Assembly (NCBI GenBank): GCA_028279045.1
Contig: JANQSZ010000027.1
Coordinates: 1 to 60,457, forward strand
DNA: 60,457 nt
Direction: 5' to 3'
Source of the DNA: Candidatus Nanoarchaeia archaeon
Lineage (GTDB): Archaea > Nanobdellota > Nanobdellia > Woesearchaeales > UBA10216
Numbering within the stretch: the first letter of the stretch is position 1; every line of letters starts with the position of its first letter. A program made the position numbers and the translations under genes. The notes under the pieces were generated by a model that saw only the letters and a program-made list of their open reading frames with translations, was not told the DNA's origin and made no database searches. Below are positions 16,268-23,514 of this stretch, piece by piece.

Positions 16268-18732
16268 ATCTCATCCTCCGAGATAAACTCACTCACCGGC
16301 GCACAAAATTCTTCTTCCCCATCCCAACGAGATTCAAATTCATCAACGTAATTATTCGCTTTATCCGGACAGGCCCCTGCACCATTATAACCGCGCGCTG
16401 CAGCATACCAACCACTTAGTCCACCTTCACAATTCAATCCAGTTTTTTCATAAGCTTCAAACTGTTCTCTGAAATGATTCGCTCCAGCAAAAATATTGCA
16501 TCTCATATCAAATGCTGTTTCCCCGTCGCATTCAGGAATGTCACAAATTCCTCGATCTTCAGCATCCAAATCATAGCAGCCAGGGTGAGCGCGAGAGGCG
16601 CTATTGATTTGCATTGCTCCATAAGAATTTTCAGGGTCTTTTGATTTACGTGCTGTTTCACCATCTACGCTATGTAAAAAGTCGTGCCCCGTTTCAATGT
16701 CTACTATTGCCAAGAGCGCAGTTGCAGGTACGTCATATCGGCACGCAGCTTGGCGAACAAGCTCCAGAACTTGCGATTGCTGCTCAGATGGGTTTTCAGG
16801 AACAACAACTCTGTTTCCAGTAGGCGCATCAGTATTAGAGGTGGTAATTCCTGTGTAGACAACATCAACTTCCGTCGACACGCGATAATCAATATTTGCA
16901 GTTGTAATTATGTTGATCTTTCGTCTTCCATTTGTATCCGCAAGGATCTTACTTGCATCTTTCAAATTAATAGGACATTCATATCGTTTAATGATGTCAG
17001 GATCAATTATTTTTTCTGTTTCTGAACTTCGCAAGCGATAAGTTTTCCTTCCATTACTATCTGAGACCTGATCGAAATCACAATTATCGCCAGTGGTCAA
17101 TTCAATATCTTTTGGCATAGTAAATTCTAAACTATTCACCTTCAACAAGGATCCATCCCATAATTTGTGATTCTCAAACGCAACTGAATATTCATTAACT
17201 TCAGATTCCGGGCCTACAGGAATGAAGAAACCAAACATTTCTACATTATACAATCCAAATATGACTGGCCCTGCCGTCGAGACTGCTTGTGGTGTAACCT
17301 GGGCAAGTTGATCTCTTGACAGTGGCGGGTGCGGTTCTTCTGTTTCAATTTCTAATTGCCTAAAGGCCTCTATTTCATTCTCATGTATCAAATACACTTC
17401 GTACCAATTCTGAACATCCATGCTGTAATCAACACTAAACGTCACTACGCCACCGCTATCTTCCAACTCACCAGCCTCAACGCGACAGCTCAGTTCCTTT
17501 GGCCCGCGATAAGGGAAGGGTACTTTAATAAATTCATTTTCTTGAATCTGCCCTCGTTCCCCAGGCTCGGTCTGGCACATTACTCCTTCTACCATAATCT
17601 CCTTATTCACCAAATTAGAACCAGGTATTTCTGACAAAATAACCGAAGGCGTAATATCGTTCGGATCGTCAAAGTAATTATTAATAGGGCGCTGTGCCCC
17701 TCCGGCGACCGTCCAATAGTCCCGCAGGACTAGCCCAGTTCGCTCCCCAGTTTGTTGATTGTAATAATCAACTCCCTGTGCTTGTTCTAATCGTTTATCC
17801 CACGACAACCTAAAATCTGTCCACAGTTCATCAAATCCTTCTGGTATGCTCCGCGTCAGTTCTTCAGCACGTTGTCGTTGTTCAGCATCAATAGCCTGAC
17901 TAAATTCGTTGGATGCTCCGCCTGCAACTGTATAAATAATTGGCATGTAGATGAAAATAACAAGTGCTATTGCTGCAATGTATTTCCATACTCTTCCTCT
18001 ATACAAGAAGAACCCATACAAGTACATGATCGGCACAAACTGTGCAGGCGGCAGAGAAAAGCCAGCCACGCCTACGCCCGATAGTCCACCTAAGCCTGGT
18101 AAAAATGAGAGTGAACCAATCGTAATATTTGCAAAGTAAGGGTAGAACCAAACAAGCAATGTCAATTTAATGTATGTCTTCAATCGATTTCCTTGAACTT
18201 CAAACACTGCCCACGCTACAAAGATAGAAAACAAGTACAAGAACATGATAGGACCAAACTTAATCCCGCCTTCTATAATCGCAATTCCCAATCCTGGTCG
18301 AACAAACCCTGTTGCAAGATCCATCCAGTGCAGTATACCAAAGAAGAGAAAATAGGCAAAAGGTAATTGTGCGAATGCTTTTGGTAAAGAATCTCCTGTG
18401 ATCGGGGCCGCAGATATTCCCGGCATCTTCTTCTTCCCAGCCCGAACTTTCGCTCTACTAAATTTGGCAAATTGCTTTCCTTGCCGCACAAACCCACTGT
18501 AGAATCGATCACGATCTTTGTTCGCTTCTTTAGCAGCATCTTTATTCTGCTTCAGCGCCTTTTCATCTTCTCCGATTTCGTCATAGGCAAAAGCAGATTG
18601 TTTTTGTTGCTCTGATGAAAGCATGTCATGTACTTGGTCATCATCGCGACTTACTCTAAAGGGACCTATCTTAAATCCTCTTTTTCCCATGTCTTGGAGT
18701 CGTTTCACTATGTTATCACTACCCGTAAACAC
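16264..18732 (-). CDS. Polytopic membrane protein with a beta-rich ectodomain and a C-terminal SLT-type lytic transglycosylase domain
   Basis: 822 aa with a GTG start on the ORF track. The N-terminal region of about 125 aa is charged. About 5-6 hydrophobic helices occupy residues ~125-290. The ectodomain has modules ending like the lipoproteins (TFSVDYSMDVQNWYEVYLI; INIITTANIDYRVSTEVDVVY). The C-terminus carries all three SLT motifs: VDIETG, YGAMQIN and ARGYNGAG. Confidence 0.8.
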   Translation of the reverse strand: MFTGSDNIVKRLQDMGKRGFKIGPFRVSRDDDQVHDMLSSEQQKQSAFAYDEIGEDEKALKQNKDAAKEANKDRDRFYSGFVRQGKQFAKFSRAKVRAGKKKMPGISAAPITGDSLPKAFAQLPFAYFLFFGILHWMDLATGFVRPGLGIAIIEGGIKFGPIMFLYLFSIFVAWAVFEVQGNRLKTYIKLTLLVWFYPYFANITIGSLSFLPGLGGLSGVGVAGFSLPPAQFVPIMYLYGFFLYRGRVWKYIAAIALVIFIYMPIIYTVAGGASNEFSQAIDAEQRQRAEELTRSIPEGFDELWTDFRLSWDKRLEQAQGVDYYNQQTGERTGLVLRDYWTVAGGAQRPINNYFDDPNDITPSVILSEIPGSNLVNKEIMVEGVMCQTEPGERGQIQENEFIKVPFPYRGPKELSCRVEAGELEDSGGVVTFSVDYSMDVQNWYEVYLIHENEIEAFRQLEIETEEPHPPLSRDQLAQVTPQAVSTAGPVIFGLYNVEMFGFFIPVGPESEVNEYSVAFENHKLWDGSLLKVNSLEFTMPKDIELTTGDNCDFDQVSDSNGRKTYRLRSSETEKIIDPDIIKRYECPINLKDASKILADTNGRRKINIITTANIDYRVSTEVDVVYTGITTSNTDAPTGNRVVVPENPSEQQSQVLELVRQAACRYDVPATALLAIVDIETGHDFLHSVDGETARKSKDPENSYGAMQINSASRAHPGCYDLDAEDRGICDIPECDGETAFDMRCNIFAGANHFREQFEAYEKTGLNCEGGLSGWYAAARGYNGAGACPDKANNYVDEFESRWDGEEEFCAPVSEFISEDEI

Positions 18733-18764
18733 GATTCTTAAAGGTTTGCCTTTTTAAAGAGAAG

Positions 18765-19946
18765 TTAATCTTTTAGTAATTCTACTTCTAAATCTACGAT
18801 ATGCAGCGTAGTCCGCGGCTCAATTCGGACAAAATTATTCCCATCTTCAATGAACCGCGTGATATCTTTAGTATAGTTGAAATCCCTCTGATCAAACGAA
18901 GTGCGTCTATTATTAATATTCAAATTAGCAGCCTTTCGCTCATCATCATCTACCATGTGGATTCGCAGTTCAGCTTTCATCGAACCATTCTCAATCCGGT
19001 CAAATTGTGTTTCGTTCACATCAAAGAAATAAATAGGGAAAATCGGTTTCTCAAGTTCTGTATTCACCGACACTTGATCAATCAAGTACTTTCCACTTTC
19101 AGCACTAAACCGAACAGTGTTCCTTCCTTCCACAATATCATCAGGGTCAACATTCAAGCGTACTGGTGATCCGCAATCAGGTACGCTAGATGACAACAAC
19201 ACTTCATTTAACGTAATGCGCAATCGTCCAACATCTCGAATTGTACACTCTACGAAGTAAATTAAATGTGCTTCCTCAATGTTTCCTGCTTCTTCCCGGC
19301 TCACTAAGAAATTATTCTCAGCGTCGCTGTTATCAGCATTCTCAACCGTTCCTGTAATCTTTACGTTCCGCAAATCATAGAAGTTTGAACTAAAAAAGTT
19401 TAAAGGACCAACAGGGCTTGCCCGAAATTCAAGCACATTTTCTTCCTGCAGTATTCCCAAATTAATTGGTGCAAATACATCAGTTACTTCTCCATTAAAC
19501 AATTCATCATCATTCAACATGATGATAAGCCGCCCTTTGTGATCGTTAACTGTCAAGCTCAACTGCGCATTTTCTGTGCTAGGATCTGTAATCAAAGCCA
19601 TAGTCTTTGTTGTCTGCTCAGATCTGCTAGTCTCAACAAATACAGACTGTAATTCTTTCAGCACTTTGTCCTCTTTTGACTTGAAGAGGTTCACACTAGG
19701 CAGTTTATGTTGGAATTCTCGATCAGTCTCCTTGAAGATAGTGCCCGGACTCTCATCCAGTACAACCTCTTCATCATCCTCTACGTCTTCGTCATCATCA
19801 GAATCTGTATCTTCATCTAGTAGGTCTGCCCGGTCTTCAGGGGGCAAGAAGAGAATATAGAGTATTATGAACGCTGCAATAACCATTACGAGAATAGCAG
19901 CACTACTACCACCTTGTCCTTTTTTTCGACGCACAGTAGTCTTCAC
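18765..19946 (-). CDS. Membrane-anchored extracellular protein with a pilin-like N-terminus and a poly-acidic tract (first gene of the envelope operon)
   Basis: 393 aa on the ORF track, starting at GTG 19946. The N-terminus is (MKTTV)RRKKGQGGSSAAILVMVIAAFIILYILFL followed by DEDTDSDDDEDVEDDEE. Promoter geometry favours the in-frame GTG at 19934 as the true start. Confidence 0.7.
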   Translation of the reverse strand: MKTTVRRKKGQGGSSAAILVMVIAAFIILYILFLPPEDRADLLDEDTDSDDDEDVEDDEEVVLDESPGTIFKETDREFQHKLPSVNLFKSKEDKVLKELQSVFVETSRSEQTTKTMALITDPSTENAQLSLTVNDHKGRLIIMLNDDELFNGEVTDVFAPINLGILQEENVLEFRASPVGPLNFFSSNFYDLRNVKITGTVENADNSDAENNFLVSREEAGNIEEAHLIYFVECTIRDVGRLRITLNEVLLSSSVPDCGSPVRLNVDPDDIVEGRNTVRFSAESGKYLIDQVSVNTELEKPIFPIYFFDVNETQFDRIENGSMKAELRIHMVDDDERKAANLNINNRRTSFDQRDFNYTKDITRFIEDGNNFVRIEPRTTLHIVDLEVELLKD

Positions 19947-19957
19947 TCTATAGTTAG

Positions 19958-19967
19958 ATATTTAAAT
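19958..19967. promoter_or_regulatory. Palindromic TATA element (ATATTTAAAT), probably shared by the divergent pelota gene and the envelope operon
   Basis: The TTTAAA centre at about 19963.5 is 26-27 nt from the pelota ATG at 19990, and about 29 nt from GTG 19934 on the other strand. Confidence 0.45.
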
Positions 19968-19989
19968 GTTTTTCCCCCGCTTTCGCTTT

Positions 19990-21033
19990 ATGAAAGTGAT
20001 CAAGAAGGCTCTCAAGCAGGGCACAGTAGTGGTGAAGATAGAAAACATGGATGATCTCTGGCATCTGAGCCAGCTAGTGGAAGCGTCAGATCAGGTGCGT
20101 GGCAAGACTTCTCGGAAGCTCAAGCTCGGAAGCGATTCCGAAACAACCAGAAAGACCATGACCCTCACGATAAAAGTAGAGTCCACTGAGCTTACCGATC
20201 ATTCGCTTCGAATTCACGGAACGACAACAGAATCTACTGATGATGTTCCAGCTGCTTCACATCACACCATTACCGCAGAAACAAATTACGATCTTACAAT
20301 AATCAAAAAAGAATGGCCGCAGTTTCATTTGCAACGTTTGGATGAAGCGTCAAAAGAAAAAAACGCACCAGTTCTTATCACAGTGTTTGATCGCGAGCAA
20401 GCAGTTTTTGCATCGCTAAAGAGCAACGGTTACAAAGTTCTTTCAACGTTAACCGGAAACGTTACGAAAAAATTCGATCCTGCAATTAAGGGTGAAAATT
20501 TCTACAATCACATTATCAAAACAATGCAGGAATACGCAGATCGTTTGAAAGTACAACATATTATTCTCGCTTCTCCTTCCTTTTGGAAAGAAGAGTTGAT
20601 GAAAGAACTCAAAGATGACACGTTAAAGAAAAAAATTATTCAAGCAACGTGTTCATCCGCCGATCAAGGCGCATTGGACGAATTACTGAAGCGCCCTGAG
20701 CTCGCTCAAGTTCTCGCCGACGAGCGCGCAGCAAAAGAAGCTGCCCTCGTGGAACGTCTCCTCGAGCAAATTGCAAAAGACGGCCTCGCAGTTTACGGTC
20801 CTGAACAAGTTCAACAAGCCATCGACGCTGGCGCAGTCGAAACTCTGCTTGTCTCCTCGGACAAAATAAAAGAAACACGCGAAGACGACGTTTTCGAGCA
20901 ACTAAACGCCAAAATGAAAGCAGTAGATTCTCAATCAGGCCAGGTATCCTTCATTACATCCAGCACCGATGCAGGCAAAAAGCTCGACGGTCTGGGTGGT
21001 TTAGCTGCACTCTTACGCTACCAAATTAACTAG
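19990..21033 (+). CDS. pelA: Pelota (Dom34) mRNA-surveillance / ribosome-rescue factor
   Basis: I trimmed the ORF 19966-21033 to ATG 19990, because the first ATG lies inside the TATA box. MKVIKKALKQGTVVVKIENMDDLWHLSQLV, plus an eRF1-like C-terminal domain ending GGLAALLRY. Confidence 0.9.
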   Translation: MKVIKKALKQGTVVVKIENMDDLWHLSQLVEASDQVRGKTSRKLKLGSDSETTRKTMTLTIKVESTELTDHSLRIHGTTTESTDDVPAASHHTITAETNYDLTIIKKEWPQFHLQRLDEASKEKNAPVLITVFDREQAVFASLKSNGYKVLSTLTGNVTKKFDPAIKGENFYNHIIKTMQEYADRLKVQHIILASPSFWKEELMKELKDDTLKKKIIQATCSSADQGALDELLKRPELAQVLADERAAKEAALVERLLEQIAKDGLAVYGPEQVQQAIDAGAVETLLVSSDKIKETREDDVFEQLNAKMKAVDSQSGQVSFITSSTDAGKKLDGLGGLAALLRYQIN

Positions 21034-21142
21034 TCATCGAGGACAGGTGGTAATTCATTTCTGAGAGGTAAAAAACCGCAATGTATTAATAGTAGTACAC
21101 TTACTTCACTATTTGTTGGTGTCTATACAGGGTGGTCAATGA

Positions 21143-21955
21143 ATGATAGTAAAAGAAGAGTTTCTCAGCAAACTGCGGACGTACTTCAGCTTGAACCTCT
21201 ATGAGGTCAAGATCTGGACAGCTTTATTGTCACGTGGTGTTGCAACCGCTGGTGAACTCTCTGACATTGCTAACGTTCCTCGATCCCGTTCATATGACGT
21301 TCTTGAATCTCTAGAAAAGAAAGGTTTTGTCGTAATGAAGTTCGGCAAGCCGATCAAGTATCTTGCCGTTCCTCCAAATGAAGTGGTAGAACGCGTTAAG
21401 AAATACATGCGTGAAGAAGCAGACCGAAAAATTACTCGTTTGGATGAGATGCGTCAAACTGAAATTGTTGATGAACTCAAACAACTCCATGATCAAGGTA
21501 TCGAACTTGTAGAACCTACTGATCTTTCTGGCAGCTTACGCGGCCGCCACAATCTGTACAATCATCTTGAAATGATGATCAAGAGTGCAGAATCAACGGT
21601 TACAATCATGTCAACCTCAACCGGTTTGATTAGAAAACTTGAAGGTCTCAAAGGCGCAATGCAACGCGCAAAGAAGCGCGGGGTTGCAATCCGTATCGCA
21701 GGCCCAATTTCTAAAGAAGCACAGGCTGTTGTTGATGAAATGAAAGATGTTGCAGATATCCGCCATACTGATGCTCGTGCTCGTTTCTGCATTGTTGATG
21801 GCAAAGAATTAATGTTTATGGTGACAGATGATGAAGAAATTCACCCAACGTATGATGTGGGTATCTGGGTAAACACACCATTCTTCGCTAACGCTCTAGA
21901 GTCCCTGTTTGAAGAAACATGGGGTACTATGAAGCCTATTGCAGCGTCGAAATAG
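21143..21955 (+). CDS. TrmB-family winged-helix transcriptional regulator (paralogue 2)
   Basis: 270 aa. LYEVKIWTALLSRGVATAGELSDIANVPRSRSYDVLESLEKKGF is almost identical to paralogue 1 across the wHTH. GGTGG SD at 21131-21135. Confidence 0.85.
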   Translation: MIVKEEFLSKLRTYFSLNLYEVKIWTALLSRGVATAGELSDIANVPRSRSYDVLESLEKKGFVVMKFGKPIKYLAVPPNEVVERVKKYMREEADRKITRLDEMRQTEIVDELKQLHDQGIELVEPTDLSGSLRGRHNLYNHLEMMIKSAESTVTIMSTSTGLIRKLEGLKGAMQRAKKRGVAIRIAGPISKEAQAVVDEMKDVADIRHTDARARFCIVDGKELMFMVTDDEEIHPTYDVGIWVNTPFFANALESLFEETWGTMKPIAASK

Positions 21956-21996
21956 TTCTCAAAACCTTTATAAATCAATCCTAGGTAGCGTATAGT

Positions 21997-23514
21997 ATGA
22001 GTATTTCCGATATAGCTGCATCCCTCCACCCTTTGGAGCGTGCAGTTCTGCCGCATCTGAACGAGCAAGACTTCGACAAAATAGTCAGCGCTTCAAAGCT
22101 CAAGGATGTTGAAGTCATGCGTGCATTGCAGTGGCTTGAAAATAAGGATGTTCTCAAACTCAAGGAAACCCTTACCGAAATCGTTGATCTTGACAAGAAC
22201 GGCAAGGAATACGCTAATTCCGGCTTGCCAGAGTTCCGCTTTCTCAACGCATTAACAGAAGATCCGCAATCAGTAGATGCTATTTCGAAGAAAGCTAAGC
22301 TGTCTCATGAAGAAGCACAAAAATCCATTGGTGTTCTCAAGCAACGCAGCCTAATCGAGCTCACAAAGTCCAAAGGTTTGCAGTGCCATATTACCAGTGC
22401 AGGCAAGAAATTCCAAAACAAGAAGTCTCCTGAAGACGCTTTCCTCAAGTCTCTTCCTCGCGAAATGTCTTCGCTTTCAAAAGATGATCAGGAACTTCTT
22501 CATCAGTTTCGAAAACGCAAAAGCATCATCACTGTTTCCGTTAAGAAACACAGAGCAATCACCATAACAAGTACAGGAAAAAAACTCTTGGAGCAAAAAT
22601 CATCCATTGACAACATCAAAGATCATCTAACTCCTGAAATGCTTCGTACAAAATCCTGGGAGAAAAATTCATTCCGTCGCTACGATGTTTCTGCTCCTGT
22701 TCCACGTTTCTTTTCCGGTAAAAAACAGCCTTACCGCGAGTTCCTTGAAGAAGTACGCACTCATTTCCTCGCCCTCGGTTTTACTGAGATGACAGGCCCT
22801 GTTGTCGAGACAGAATTCTGGAATATGGATTCTCTCTTCATGCCTCAAGATCATTCTGCGAGAGACATCCACGATGCGTATTACATCAAAGAGCCAACCC
22901 ACGCTACTTCCCTACCAGAAGACATGGTCAAGAAAGTGCAGGCAGCCCACGAGAACGGGTACACTACCGGAAGCCGAGGATGGCGCTACAAGTTTGACGT
23001 AAAGCGTACTCATCGTCATATTTTACGTACTCATGATACTGCTATCTCTCCTCGTATATTATCATCAAAAGAACTCACTGTTCCTGGAAAGTATTTCCAG
23101 CTCGTCAGGTGTTTCCGTTACGATGTTATCGACGCAACCCACCTTCCTGATTTCAATCAGATTGGCGGATTTGTTGTTGAAGAAGGATTAACCCTTCGTC
23201 ATCTTTCAGGATTGCTAAAAATGTTCGCAAAGGAATTTTGCAATACAGATCAAGTGCGTGTTGTTCCTGCATATTTTCCATTTACAGAACCATCTGCCTC
23301 ATTATACGCTAAACACCCTGAAATGGGCTGGATCGAATTAGCAGGTGCAGGTATGTTCCGTCCTGAAATGAATGCACCTCTTGGCGTAAAAGACCCGGTT
23401 ATTGCGTGGGGTATCGGCCTTGATCGTGTTGCGATGTTCAATCTCGGTTTCAAAGATATTAGACAACTATTCAGCCATGATCTTGACTTTTTGCGTCAAG
23501 CACGAGGAATATAA
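21997..23514 (+). CDS. pheS: Phenylalanyl-tRNA synthetase alpha subunit
   Basis: 505 aa. N-terminal wHTH repeats followed by a class II core: HPYREFLEE-like, FQLVRCFRYD, GFVVEEG and GAGMFRPE. Confidence 0.95.
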   Translation: MSISDIAASLHPLERAVLPHLNEQDFDKIVSASKLKDVEVMRALQWLENKDVLKLKETLTEIVDLDKNGKEYANSGLPEFRFLNALTEDPQSVDAISKKAKLSHEEAQKSIGVLKQRSLIELTKSKGLQCHITSAGKKFQNKKSPEDAFLKSLPREMSSLSKDDQELLHQFRKRKSIITVSVKKHRAITITSTGKKLLEQKSSIDNIKDHLTPEMLRTKSWEKNSFRRYDVSAPVPRFFSGKKQPYREFLEEVRTHFLALGFTEMTGPVVETEFWNMDSLFMPQDHSARDIHDAYYIKEPTHATSLPEDMVKKVQAAHENGYTTGSRGWRYKFDVKRTHRHILRTHDTAISPRILSSKELTVPGKYFQLVRCFRYDVIDATHLPDFNQIGGFVVEEGLTLRHLSGLLKMFAKEFCNTDQVRVVPAYFPFTEPSASLYAKHPEMGWIELAGAGMFRPEMNAPLGVKDPVIAWGIGLDRVAMFNLGFKDIRQLFSHDLDFLRQARGI

